A stretch of DNA of 64,000 nt from an uncultured Verrucomicrobiae bacterium (GTDB lineage Bacteria; Verrucomicrobiota; Verrucomicrobiia; Chthoniobacterales; Terrimicrobiaceae), in assembly GCA_963706955.1 (NCBI GenBank), contig CAVPOC010000003.1, forward strand, positions 544,001 through 608,000, read 5' to 3'. This document shows positions 46,197 through 56,347 of this stretch, in pieces. How positions within the stretch are numbered: the stretch's first letter is position 1; each line of letters begins with the position of its first letter. The notes under the pieces were generated by a model, which did no database searches, was not told the DNA's origin, and saw only the letters and a list, made by a program, of their open reading frames with translations. The position numbers and the translations under genes were made by a program.

Positions 46197-47387
46197 TCAG
46201 TATTTCGGCACGTTCGAATCAACACGGTCTGCCCAGGCGCTGATTCCCCCTTCGACGTTGAAGAGTTTGGCAAATCCGGCCTTCTGTAGCTGACGCAGCG
46301 CCTTGGCGCTCCGGACACCAGACTTGCAGTGGATGACAATTTCGTCGGCGGTATCCAGCTCGCTCATGCGCGAGGGCAACTCACCGAGCGGAATCAGTCG
46401 CGAACCCGGAATTCTGGCGATGTCATATTCATAGGGTTCGCGAACGTCGAGGAGGACAAACTTCTCGCCGCGCTCTTTCTTCGCCTTGAGTTCCTCGACC
46501 GACATCTCGGGCACGGGTGGCTCGGCGTCCTCGGCCGCCTGCGCCTGGGGAATCCCGCAGAATTGTTCATAATCGATCAATTCGGTGATCGAGGGATGCT
46601 CGCCGCAGATGGGGCAGGAGGGATCGCGTCGCACCTTGAACTCGCGGAATTTCATCTTTAGGGCATCGAAGTGAATAAGCCGACCCAGCAGCGGCTCGCC
46701 AATACCAACAATCAGCTTCACCGCCTCGATGGCTTGCATGACTCCGATCACTCCGGGCAAAACGCCGAGGACGCCTCCCTCTGCACAGCTGGGAACCATG
46801 CCCGGCGGCGGCGGCTCGGGGTAGAGGCAACGATAGCAGGGGCCGTCAAGGCTCGGTGCGAAGACGGTGCACTGACCCTCAAATCGAAAGATCGAGCCGT
46901 AAATATTTGGCTTGTTCAGAAAGACACAGACATCGTTGGAGAGATACCGCGTCGGAAAATTGTCCGTCCCATCGATGACGATGTCGTAGTCCGCGACAAT
47001 GTCGGTAGCGTTGTCGCTACGGAACATCGCGTCGTGCAGCACAACATGCACGTTGGGATTGACGTCTTTAATCCGATCTCGGGCGCTGTTGAGCTTCTTG
47101 CGCCCGACATCCTTGGTGCCGTGGAGCACTTGGCGCTGGAGATTCGAGTAATCGACGATATCAAAGTCAATCAGGCCGAGGGTGCCCACACCGGCGGCAG
47201 CCAGGTATAGCGCGATCGGAGAACCCAAGCCCCCCGTTCCGATGCAAAGCACTTTGGCAGCTTTGAGCTTCTTCTGCCCCTCAAGGGTTACCTCCGGCAT
47301 GATGAGGTGCCTCGAATAACGGGCAATTTCATCATTGCTAAACTCGATGTCTTCGAGTCGCACCGGATCCAAAATGCTTTTGCTCAT
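46197..47387 (-). CDS. moeB: MoeB/ThiF adenylyltransferase with C-terminal rhodanese
   Basis: RYSRHL, G.GGLG, SNLQRQ, CYRC, PSCAEGGVLG and HCKSG.RS motifs. Confidence 0.93.
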   Translation of the reverse strand: MSKSILDPVRLEDIEFSNDEIARYSRHLIMPEVTLEGQKKLKAAKVLCIGTGGLGSPIALYLAAAGVGTLGLIDFDIVDYSNLQRQVLHGTKDVGRKKLNSARDRIKDVNPNVHVVLHDAMFRSDNATDIVADYDIVIDGTDNFPTRYLSNDVCVFLNKPNIYGSIFRFEGQCTVFAPSLDGPCYRCLYPEPPPPGMVPSCAEGGVLGVLPGVIGVMQAIEAVKLIVGIGEPLLGRLIHFDALKMKFREFKVRRDPSCPICGEHPSITELIDYEQFCGIPQAQAAEDAEPPVPEMSVEELKAKKERGEKFVLLDVREPYEYDIARIPGSRLIPLGELPSRMSELDTADEIVIHCKSGVRSAKALRQLQKAGFAKLFNVEGGISAWADRVDSNVPKY

Positions 47388-47704
47388 ATCTCAAAAAACC
47401 GCCATCGGCTGAATTGCCAACTCTAACGATCTGCCGAAGGATTGCAAGATAGCTGCCCTCCGTCCGGAAACCGCAGGCGATTTCAAACACATTGGAAAAA
47501 CTTGTGGAGGCTACGCGTCCATGCGGCTGCATGATCTACGCCGCGATTGAGCCCAGCGGCACTTACCCTCGTGACGTGCGTCCCATCGGACAGACGGAAC
47601 TGGCCATTCAGCTTAGAATTGTCGCGATTCGCTCAAACCGATTCGTTCGTGAATTTGGCGAATTTGCAACTGTCGCGGCTCGATCCAGCGACCGCCAAGC
47701 CCGC

Positions 47705-48463
47705 TCAGCGGGGGCGGGCCGCGCTTTTGGCGCCTCGCATCAAATTTTCGAAGCTGACATCGAGTGGAGGATAATTCTCCCACCCCACATAATCGTAATG
47801 CCACCACTCAAAGACGAACGGAATGAAGCCATGCTTCTTCATGGCCGCCTCCAATTTGAGGCTATTGGTCCGCTCCTCTTTGGTCCATTTGGCTGAGAAG
47901 CGATGCGCCTTGTCGGAGAAGTCATCGTAAGGGGTGGGCATCGCAAGTTCATTTCCCATACGATCGACGAGGGTGACATCGACGGCTGTGCCTCGAGTAT
48001 GCTTGCCTTTGCTATCGGTGGGATCGGAAACGTAACGCTCATCGCGAACGAGCTCCCACATCTTGAACTGAATGGAACCTGGACGATAACCGTCGAAGAT
48101 TTTTAAGCAGAGACCTTCCTTCCGTAAGTCTTGCTGAACTCTTTGCAAGGCTGCGGCAACGTCCCGATGCACAAAGGCCGCTGGAAAGGGATAGAGAACT
48201 TGGCCGGTGAAATTGCACGCAGTTGCATAACGGATCTCCTGAAGAAGTGGGGGATAGATCGTTGCGACGTTCACGAGATTGTGCTCGAGTGGGGTCGGCG
48301 ACGGAGAGGTCTCCTGTGACGTCACATTCAAATCCTGAGGCGTCTCGGCTCGGGAAAGGCAAGCGATACAGCACCAGCACAGAAACAGCCCCAGCTTGCA
48401 GATTCTAGCCGTCCGACCTGGGAAGGGAGACTTTGCTGATGGCGGGTTGTTCTGGATTTGCAC
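47705..48463 (-). CDS. D-alanyl-D-alanine dipeptidase (VanX/DdpX, M15D)
   Basis: YAT..NFTG, DGYRP, HTRGTAVD and EWWHYD motifs; start uncertain. Confidence 0.85.
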   Translation of the reverse strand: MQIQNNPPSAKSPFPGRTARICKLGLFLCWCCIACLSRAETPQDLNVTSQETSPSPTPLEHNLVNVATIYPPLLQEIRYATACNFTGQVLYPFPAAFVHRDVAAALQRVQQDLRKEGLCLKIFDGYRPGSIQFKMWELVRDERYVSDPTDSKGKHTRGTAVDVTLVDRMGNELAMPTPYDDFSDKAHRFSAKWTKEERTNSLKLEAAMKKHGFIPFVFEWWHYDYVGWENYPPLDVSFENLMRGAKSAARPR

Positions 48464-48808
48464 CGACAAGGAGTGCGATTGACTTTGGCGGAATGGAGGT
48501 TGAGAAGCCGTCAGGGCGTTTCGGCTCAGGCCGCTAGTCTGGTTCGCACGGTGCTGTTTCATGGCATGCCAGAGTGCCTTGTAAAGATTATTGGTGCCGC
48601 GCTTGAGCTTGAGAGCCGGGCGCGCCTGAAGGAGTGGCGCCTTGCGACCGTGCCAGGGTCGGTCTATCCTCGCTGTCTCTCGTATGAACACTGAACAATG
48701 CTGACAGGAGTCCAGATTTCGGTCAGTTACACTGGCAAGCCTGAGAAAGCCGCTCGAATCCGGGCTTGAAGCGGGAGGGAGGGGTCGAATCTGATCGGTT
48801 GGGCTGAT

Positions 48809-49594
48809 ATGCATCTCTTACTTCTTATTGCGGCAGCGATTTGCTTTCTCTCGAGCTTTGGTTACACGCTCTATGCCCTACGGACAGGGAAGTTTATGCC
48901 CGGGAGCATCAACTTCGTGGCCATCTTGCTGGGCTTTATCTTCCAAACGGCGTTTTTGTATCTCCGCGGTAAGGCGGAGGGCTCATGCCCTCTCAACAGC
49001 CTTTTTGATGTCTTGATTTTCCAGAGCTGGTCGCTGGTGCTTACGTATCTCATTGTTGGACCGGCTTATAGGCTCTCGCTGCTGGGTGCATTTAGCGCGC
49101 CGATAGCGCTCCTCCTGATGGTGGTGGCGCTGATTGCGCCGATAAGTCGGGAGATTGTCAGGCGACCCGGGATCAATCCATGGGTCGAGACACATGCGGC
49201 GCTTTCGATCATCGCTTATGGCGCATTCGGGCTCTCCAGTGTGGCTGGCATCATGTATCTATTGCAGGAGCGGCAGTTGAAGTCGCAGAAAGCCTCATCA
49301 TTGCTCTACAACCTCCCGCCGATTAACGATCTTGCCGCGGCGATTGGCCGCCTGATGGGCTTTGGTCTGATCCTCCTAACCATCAGTTTTGCGGCGGGTT
49401 TCATCAGCCAGATGCCGGTAAACACCATAAAGTTTTGGACTTCAGTCGCAATTTGGGTTGCCTACGGAGCAATGGTCTTGATGAACAGAATACATTCCCT
49501 TGCTCCCCGGCGGCTGGCGGAGTTATCAATACTGGTGTTTGCGGTTGCTCTCATCACCCTTCCGGGAATTCAATACCTCTCCTCAAGGCCATGA
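48809..49594 (+). CDS. CcsA/HemX-like membrane protein
   Basis: Multi-TM protein with W.E.HA...Y and MYLLQER.LK; first gene of the hem operon. Confidence 0.8.
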   Translation: MHLLLLIAAAICFLSSFGYTLYALRTGKFMPGSINFVAILLGFIFQTAFLYLRGKAEGSCPLNSLFDVLIFQSWSLVLTYLIVGPAYRLSLLGAFSAPIALLLMVVALIAPISREIVRRPGINPWVETHAALSIIAYGAFGLSSVAGIMYLLQERQLKSQKASSLLYNLPPINDLAAAIGRLMGFGLILLTISFAAGFISQMPVNTIKFWTSVAIWVAYGAMVLMNRIHSLAPRRLAELSILVFAVALITLPGIQYLSSRP

Positions 49595-50610
49595 ACATCC
49601 TCTGCGCGGGTCTTAACCATCAAAGTGCGCCGGTCGAGATTCGGGAGAAGTTCGCGGTGGGCGCGCACGGGATCGAGGAAGCGCTGCATGATGTGCGCCG
49701 GATTGATGGCTTGGCCGGGGCCGTCATTCTTTCGACCTGCAATCGCGTCGAATTCTATGCCGCCAGCGTCTGTCCAGTTCGGGCGTTTGGCGCGCTGCAA
49801 ACACTGCTTCGCGACCGCACCGGGGTGGATGCGCCCCTTTACTGCCACGACACACCACGCAGTGCCCGCCATCTGTTTCGGGTGGCGAGCGGGCTGGACT
49901 CGATGGTCTTGGGCGAGACGGAGATTCTTGGCCAGGTAAAGAAGGCGTATTCCACCGCGGCCGAGCTTGGCGCCACTACCCGCCACCTCAACAAGCTTTT
50001 CCAGCACGCTTTTCGCGTGGCCAAGCATGTTCGCACTGAAACGCAGATCACCCGGGGAGCAACGTCGGTCGGCGCAGTCGCAGTCGAGTTGGCAGGGAAG
50101 ATTTTTGGCGATCTTACGGGAAGGCGCGTGATGATTCTGGGCGCTGGAGAGACCAGTGAGCGCACGGCGCGAAGCCTCGTCTCGCGCGGTGTCAAAACCA
50201 TTATCGTCTCAAATCGAACCTTCGATCGCGCAGCCAAGCTGGCCGAGGAAATCGGCGGTTTGGCGATCCACTTCGACCATTGGCAGAATGCATTTGCTGA
50301 TGTGGACATCTTGATTTGCTCGACGGCGGCGCCCCATGTCGTGCTCACCCGTGAGAAGCTCGCGCCAATGGTTCGAGCGCGCGCGGGCAGGCCGTTGTTT
50401 GTGATTGACCTGGCTGTTCCTCGCGATGCCGATCCATCGATCAACGAGCTCGATGGCGTCTTCCTCTATGACATCGATTCGCTCGAAGGGATAGTTCGCC
50501 AGTCGTTGGAGGTGCGGCGCAGCGAGATCCTGCGCTGCGAACAGATGATTGCCCACCACGTGAGTGCGTTTGTCTCCTGGCTGCGTCACCACCATGAACT
50601 TCGTGCCTAG
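49591..50610 (+). CDS. hemA: Glutamyl-tRNA reductase (short form)
   Basis: LSTCNRVE, GLDSMVLGETEILGQ, LGAGE and DLAVPRD motifs. Confidence 0.95.
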   Translation: MNILCAGLNHQSAPVEIREKFAVGAHGIEEALHDVRRIDGLAGAVILSTCNRVEFYAASVCPVRAFGALQTLLRDRTGVDAPLYCHDTPRSARHLFRVASGLDSMVLGETEILGQVKKAYSTAAELGATTRHLNKLFQHAFRVAKHVRTETQITRGATSVGAVAVELAGKIFGDLTGRRVMILGAGETSERTARSLVSRGVKTIIVSNRTFDRAAKLAEEIGGLAIHFDHWQNAFADVDILICSTAAPHVVLTREKLAPMVRARAGRPLFVIDLAVPRDADPSINELDGVFLYDIDSLEGIVRQSLEVRRSEILRCEQMIAHHVSAFVSWLRHHHELRA

Positions 50611-50694
50611 AGAATCCGACGCGGCTCAGTAGTGTTTCCATGCCTGCTGAGGAGGACATCGCGGCCAACTCCTAGCCCTGGCGTTCGATATTTC

Positions 50695-51506
50695 TTGAAG
50701 TCCGAAAAACATATCGTCCTTGGCACGCGTGGCAGCGACCTGGCGCTCGCACAAACTCAGATCGTTGTCGAAAAGCTCGCACGCGGCTCATCCGCGGCTG
50801 AGTATCGAGAGAAAAATTATCAAGACCACTGGAGACAAACGTCTCGATCTGAGCCTCTCAGGATTCCCTGGAGCAGGGCCTTTTCACCAAGGAACTCGAA
50901 GAAGCGCTGCTCGCCGGCACCATTCATGCCGCCGTCCACAGCTTAAAGGACCTGCCGACCGATCGACCGGATGGCCTCGTCTTTGGAGCCATCCTCAAGC
51001 GCGGCGATCCGTCGGACGTTCTCGTTTCAAAACAATCCGGAGGGCTGGCGGGACTGCCGATCGAAGCATGCGTCGCGACTTCCAGTCCCCGCCGGAAAGT
51101 GCAAATCCTCCTACTGCGCGAGGATCTGCGTATCGTCGAAATGCGGGGGAATGTCCCGACGCGTCTTCGCAAGCTAGCCGCGGATCCGTCGCTCGATGGC
51201 ATTCTGCTCGCCAAGGCCGGACTCGACCGGCTCGGGCGCGAAGTCATTCCGGCAGGTCTTCACGTGGCCGTCGTCGAGAGAATCTTGCCAGCTCCCGGTC
51301 AGGGGGCGATCGCTGTCGAATGTCGCAAATCGGATCTGGCCTCAATCGAGCTTCTCCGTTCCATTCATCATGAAGCGACGGCGGTGTGTGTCACGGCGGA
51401 ACGCGATTTCCTGCGCGCGCAAGGCGGCGGGTGTCACGTCGCCATTGCGGCTTGGGCGATCATCGAGGATGGAAGATTGATTCTGCGCACCTTTCCACCT
51501 TCATGA
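50695..51506 (+). CDS. hemC: Hydroxymethylbilane synthase, frameshifted (probable sequence error)
   Basis: GTRGS.LA..Q, TTGD, FTKELE..L...HSLKD, RGNV.TRL and PAPGQGA spread over three frames; shifts at ~50785 and ~50877. Confidence 0.9.
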
Positions 51507-53005
51507 AAGCTGGTATTTGCTATCTCGTCGGGGCGGGGCCGGGCGACCCTGGACTCTTCACCATCAAAGGTCGTGCCTGCCTCGAGCGTGCCGAAGTGGT
51601 CGTCTACGATTACCTGTGCAATCCGCTCCTGCTGAAATGGGCACCGGAGTCCGCGGAGAAAATCTATGTCGGAAAGAAGGCCGGAGCGCATACCCTGTCT
51701 CAGGAAGAAATCAACGCTTTGCTCGTCGAGAAGGCGCGCGCTGGCAAGGTTGTTGTCCGCTTGAAGGGTGGGGATCCTTTTCTCTTCGGACGAGGCGGAG
51801 AGGAGGCAGAAGCCTTGGCCGATGCCGGATGCCTCTTCGAGGTCGTTCCAGGCGTAACCTCCGCGATCGCCGGTCCGGCCTACGCGGGCATTCCGGTCAC
51901 TCATCGCGCACATAACGCCACATTGACAATCTTCACTGGACACGAAGAACCAGGCAAACCCAACTCCGCCCTGGATTACGAGGCGATCGCCCGCGCTCCA
52001 GGAACAAAGGTCATGTTGATGGGCGTGGATCGGATTGACGCAATCGCCAGTGAACTTCTGGCCGCAGGCATGCCTGGCCAGACTCCCGTCGCCCTCGTTC
52101 GCTGGGCCACCACCGGCGCACAGCAGACTCTCGCGGGCACGCTTGAAACGATCCCCGGACTTGTCCGCGAGGCCGGCCTCAAGCCACCGGCAGTTGTGGT
52201 CTTTGGGGACGTGGTGACGCTTCGCAAAAAGCTAAACTGGTTTGAAAAGCTCCCCCTCTTCGGGAAGAGAATCGCCGTCACGCGAACACGCCAGCAAGCG
52301 GGTGAATTCGTCGAACGTTTGCGCGCACTGGGGGCCGACGCGTTCGAGATGCCGACCATCCGCATCGAACCCCCTCTCGACAAAAAGGAATTCTACGAAC
52401 TCGTCGCCGACTCTCACGTCTACGATTGGATTGTTTTTACGAGCCCAAATGGCGCCGACGCGTTTTTTACCGCCTTTTTCGAAATCTACCGTGATGCCCG
52501 CGATCTGGGGGCCGCCCGCATCGCTGCAATCGGCCCCGCTACGGCCGAGCGAGTGAGAAGCTACCATCTGCAAGTTGACGTCCAGCCCGAAAAATACGTC
52601 GCCGAAGAAATCATTCAGGCACTCCAGAAGGAGACGAGCCTGGAAAATTTGAAAATCCTTCTCGCTCGCGCCGAGGGCGCTCGCGAAGCTCTCGCGGTCG
52701 AGCTCGTCCGCCTCGGCGCCATCGTTGACGAGGCGGTTGCCTACCGCACCGTGCCCGAGACCAATGATATCTCAGGAGGAATTCGCCGCTTCCGCGAAGA
52801 AGAAGTTGATATGATCACGTTCACCAGTTCGTCCACGGTCGAGAACTTTCTAGCGCTCAACTTACCGCTTCCCGAGAAGACGAAAACGGCCAGCATCGGA
52901 CCAATCACCTCAAAAACGATGCGCGGCCATGGCCTGCAGGTGAATGTCGAAGCCAAACGCCACGACATTCCCGGACTGGTCGAGGCGATCAGAAAATACT
53001 GGTAA
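51503..53005 (+). CDS. cobA: Uroporphyrinogen-III C-methyltransferase/synthase fusion (CobA-HemD)
   Basis: LVGAGPGD, RLKGGDP.LFGRG, then HemD-type VTR, FTS.NG and FTSSSTV motifs. Confidence 0.93.
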   Translation: MKAGICYLVGAGPGDPGLFTIKGRACLERAEVVVYDYLCNPLLLKWAPESAEKIYVGKKAGAHTLSQEEINALLVEKARAGKVVVRLKGGDPFLFGRGGEEAEALADAGCLFEVVPGVTSAIAGPAYAGIPVTHRAHNATLTIFTGHEEPGKPNSALDYEAIARAPGTKVMLMGVDRIDAIASELLAAGMPGQTPVALVRWATTGAQQTLAGTLETIPGLVREAGLKPPAVVVFGDVVTLRKKLNWFEKLPLFGKRIAVTRTRQQAGEFVERLRALGADAFEMPTIRIEPPLDKKEFYELVADSHVYDWIVFTSPNGADAFFTAFFEIYRDARDLGAARIAAIGPATAERVRSYHLQVDVQPEKYVAEEIIQALQKETSLENLKILLARAEGAREALAVELVRLGAIVDEAVAYRTVPETNDISGGIRRFREEEVDMITFTSSSTVENFLALNLPLPEKTKTASIGPITSKTMRGHGLQVNVEAKRHDIPGLVEAIRKYW

Positions 53006-53017
53006 GGCTCGAAGAAT

Positions 53018-53116
53018 TGTAGCGGCGGCGTCCCCGCCGCCGAAAAGCCCCCGACCGTGAGGACACGGTCGCTATAGAATGCGCGAGCCCTCGACCAGGG
53101 GGCCATGATCGCTACA
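53018..53116. repeat. REP cluster (family A) between convergent cobA/hemD and rpsG
   Basis: TGTAGCGGCGGCGTCCCCGCCGCCG...CGACCGTGAGGACACGGTCGCTATA. Confidence 0.78.
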
Positions 53117-53138
53117 GTTGGCCACACCGGGCCGATTC

Positions 53139-53612
53139 TTACCAGCGGAAGTGCGCGAAGGCTCGGTTAGCTTGGGCCATCTTGTGCATGTCGTCGCGCT
53201 TCTTGATCGCGCTGCCCTGCCCAGAAGCAGCGTCTCTAAGCTCATAAGCGAGGGCTTTCTCCATCGGAACACCCTTGCGACCCTTGGCGAAATTGACAAT
53301 CCAGCGCATCGCCAGCGCGACTTGCCGATCTGAGGGAACTTCCATGGGCACCTGATAGGTGGCTCCACCGACGCGCCGAGATTTTACTTCGAGACGCGGT
53401 TTGACGTTCTCGATCGCCTTATTCAACGTTTCCAGCGGATCGACCGTGTCGGTGCCCTCGCGAGACTTATCAATCGCAGTATAGACGATCTGCTCGGCAA
53501 TGCTCTTCTTGCCCCGACGCATCACGGTGCTGATCAGGCGAGCAACTACCGGGCTCGCGTAGCGAGCGTCTTTTCTTACCTCTTTATGAATTACTCTGCG
53601 TCGTCGAGACAT
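53139..53612 (-). CDS. rpsG: 30S ribosomal protein S7
   Basis: EVKSRRVGGATYQVP and MAQANRAFAHFRW motifs. Confidence 0.98.
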   Translation of the reverse strand: MSRRRRVIHKEVRKDARYASPVVARLISTVMRRGKKSIAEQIVYTAIDKSREGTDTVDPLETLNKAIENVKPRLEVKSRRVGGATYQVPMEVPSDRQVALAMRWIVNFAKGRKGVPMEKALAYELRDAASGQGSAIKKRDDMHKMAQANRAFAHFRW

Positions 53613-53627
53613 CGTGGACCTGTTCTT

Positions 53628-54035
53628 CTATTTCTTCTTAGCGCCCTTGGATTCTTCCTGCCCGGCCTTGGGACGTTTTGCGCCATACTTGGAGCGACCC
53701 CGCCGGCGTCCATCGACTCCGAGACTGTCAAGGGTGCCCCGAACGATATGGTAGCGCACACCGGGCAGGTCTTTGACGCGACCGCCGCGGACAAGAACGA
53801 TCGAGTGCTCCTGAAGGTTGTGCCCTTCTCCGGGAATGTAGGCAATCACCTCCTGGCCGTTGGTCAGGCGCACCTTGGCGACTTTGCGCAACGCGGAATT
53901 CGGCTTCTTTGGCGTGCGCGTCATCACCTGCACGCAGACACCGCGGCGTTGTGGGCACTTCACAAGTGCCGGTGACTTCGACTTGACGGTCACCTTTCGA
54001 CGCCCGGCGCGAACCAGTTGGTTGATTGTAGGCAT
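53628..54035 (-). CDS. rpsL: 30S ribosomal protein S12
   Basis: [18 protein letters not shown] and [12 protein letters not shown] motifs. Confidence 0.98.
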   Translation of the reverse strand: MPTINQLVRAGRRKVTVKSKSPALVKCPQRRGVCVQVMTRTPKKPNSALRKVAKVRLTNGQEVIAYIPGEGHNLQEHSIVLVRGGRVKDLPGVRYHIVRGTLDSLGVDGRRRGRSKYGAKRPKAGQEESKGAKKK

Positions 54036-54170
54036 GTTTGCTATCTCTCTTTTCCAAACCCCGGCACGCTCGGAGGACAAAAAAAGCACGCTAAGGTGCT
54101 TCTCCGGTCCCCCAACCTAATGCGGGAGGGCAAATAGAAGGTAGGCAAGCCGCCGAGGCAAGTGAAAAAT

Positions 54171-55115
54171 CTATAACTCATACCGACCACGAGTGGGGGA
54201 GGTGAGCATCCGTCGCGCCACCTGGAGGACATCCTCGGGCGCAAGATTTCGCAAGCGGCGGACATGATCCTTCGAGGGAGGCGCCTGGACGGCGATGCTG
54301 CCATCCCCTGCATAGTGCCAGTTCCGAGCATTCGTCGGCCCGAACAGGGTGATGCTGTTCACACCAAAAGCGCGCGCAAGGTGCGAGGCGGCACCATCGA
54401 CAGTGAGCACCGCTTGGGCACGCGAGCACAGCCAGAGAAAATTCTTCAACGTTGTGCTGCTGGCGAGGCTCCGCACGAGAGAACCAGACTTTTTCTCAAT
54501 CTCGCGGCAGTGTTCGACCTGCCAGTCCACCGAGGCACTGGTCATGACGAATTCGAGGTCGGTGTCGTTGCGCAAGATTGCCAACATCCGCGCCCAGCAC
54601 TCGGGCAGCCAGCTCTTCTGGCGCCACCCGGAAGTGGGATTTACAAGAATAAAGGCCTTCTCATCGAACCCATCGGGCCTCCAATCGTCGGGCGGCCGGT
54701 CAAGTCGAGGAGGGCGAAACGGCTCCGAGGCAGGCACCGGCGTGCATTCCCAAAAGTATTCCGCCACATAGCGATCTCCCAGTTCAGGGACGATTAGTTC
54801 GCGAAAGAGAGGCCGATGAAACCATCTCATCTCCCGCTCCTCGGGCAGCACGCACTTCTTTATGCTCGAGGGCGCGAGCATCGATCTCAGGGCCGATTTA
54901 TTGAGCGGATCGAAGCAATAGAGGTGCCGGCGATATGCCAAAGGAACTCCGCGACGAAAACGAACTCCCGGCATCAACTGCAACAGAGGTCCGTGCCCCG
55001 TCCGTGTCATGCACTCCACCGGAGCACCATGGTGCTGACACAGCTTAGCCAGAGCAGGTTGTAACAACACAAGATCGCCGAGTTGCTTATGGAAAACGGC
55101 GTAGCACCCGGACAT
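54171..55115 (-). CDS. Glycosyltransferase family 9
   Basis: KQLGDLVL, K.W..E.W and VDGAASHLA.AFG...ITLFGPT motifs. Confidence 0.88.
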   Translation of the reverse strand: MSGCYAVFHKQLGDLVLLQPALAKLCQHHGAPVECMTRTGHGPLLQLMPGVRFRRGVPLAYRRHLYCFDPLNKSALRSMLAPSSIKKCVLPEEREMRWFHRPLFRELIVPELGDRYVAEYFWECTPVPASEPFRPPRLDRPPDDWRPDGFDEKAFILVNPTSGWRQKSWLPECWARMLAILRNDTDLEFVMTSASVDWQVEHCREIEKKSGSLVRSLASSTTLKNFLWLCSRAQAVLTVDGAASHLARAFGVNSITLFGPTNARNWHYAGDGSIAVQAPPSKDHVRRLRNLAPEDVLQVARRMLTSPTRGRYEL

Positions 55116-55227
55116 AACTTCAGCTTTCTCGAATAGCCTAGTTCTGAGGGATTTCAAGACCCTCAACCTGCCCGCGATTAGGAGCGAGAAAGAAAATCGC
55201 TTTTGCGATGGGAGCGCTTCCGGCAAA

Positions 55228-56337
55228 TTGCCGGCACCACTTGTGCGCCTCTTTATTCTCAAGCCGGATGGGATTGGAGATTTCATTCTCGTGACCGGCG
55301 CTTTGCGACTGCTGGCCTCGGAGCTGGGTGAGGAAAATCTTCTGATCTGTGTTCGATCGGTGCTTGTGCCCCTGGCGAAAACGCAATTTCCGAAGGCGAG
55401 GGTTGTCGAGCTACCGACCGCGGCGGAGCGAAAAAGGATCAATCTGTTCGCTCGCAATCTGTTCTATTGCCTGCCGCTCTGGTTCAAACTAAGGATGACA
55501 CGCGTTGATGCTGCGGTCTGCTTTCGAAGCATGAGGAACTACCTGGAGACGTTCTTGTTTTACTCGGCGAAGACGAAGCGTTTTTTCGGATGCGAAAACA
55601 TTCTCCTGCGATCGGGACGGAAAAAGGTCCGCCTCTACGTCGACACTGCAGTGAGAAGGCTCTTCCATCCGCACTTAATGCCCTATCCCGAAGAAGCTCG
55701 GAATCTTCCCCTGGAAATCGAGGCGCATCGCCGCGTCGTTGCGGAGATCCTGGAGCGTGCGGTGGCACCGGAGGAGGTGATCCCGCGTCTCTGCTCGACG
55801 ACAGAGTCAACCCCAGGTGGCGTTTGGATTTGCGCTCCGATCACGGAAGCCTCCAAGGTATATCCTTTGCCACTCTGGAGGGACGTTTTTGTCGAGCTCA
55901 GGCCTGAACTCGCTGGGAAAAACCTTCTCCTGGTGGGCTCCAATGATCAGCGCGGCGCGCTAGACGAGCTTGGGAGCCTGCTTCGCCGCGCCGGTGTCGA
56001 GAATGCCAAAGTTCACCTCCCGGAAGACCTGGTCGAATTGCTGAATCTCATCGCGGCGGCGGAAATGGTGATGACGGTAGACACGGCAGCGGCTCATTTC
56101 GCCGCCGGACTGGACAGACTCTGCGTCATTCTCTTCTCAGGGCTGCACCAGGGCATGTTCGCACCGTGGCAACGGAGCACCCGGCAGCGCTGGCTATTGC
56201 CCCAACCGCCGGAGGGAAAAACGAAGTTTAAGTGGCATGCAGGAATCCAACCTGCTCGAGTGGCTGCGACTGTGCGCGAGCTCATCGAGTTTCCACCTCA
56301 ACCGCCACGGTCTGCGCACAGTTCTTGCTCTAGCTAG
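55228..56337 (+). CDS. Glycosyltransferase family 9
   Basis: KPDGIGDFIL and VDTAAAHFA motifs. Confidence 0.85.
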   Translation: MPAPLVRLFILKPDGIGDFILVTGALRLLASELGEENLLICVRSVLVPLAKTQFPKARVVELPTAAERKRINLFARNLFYCLPLWFKLRMTRVDAAVCFRSMRNYLETFLFYSAKTKRFFGCENILLRSGRKKVRLYVDTAVRRLFHPHLMPYPEEARNLPLEIEAHRRVVAEILERAVAPEEVIPRLCSTTESTPGGVWICAPITEASKVYPLPLWRDVFVELRPELAGKNLLLVGSNDQRGALDELGSLLRRAGVENAKVHLPEDLVELLNLIAAAEMVMTVDTAAAHFAAGLDRLCVILFSGLHQGMFAPWQRSTRQRWLLPQPPEGKTKFKWHAGIQPARVAATVRELIEFPPQPPRSAHSSCSS

Positions 56338-56347
56338 GCGCCCAATT

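Noticed and set aside
47705..48463. Vancomycin-resistance locus
   Set aside because: A lone VanX/DdpX-family dipeptidase without vanH/vanA or regulators.
50695..50950. Programmed frameshifting in hemC
   Set aside because: Two shifts would be needed, and similar breaks occur in many unrelated genes, which points to sequence error.
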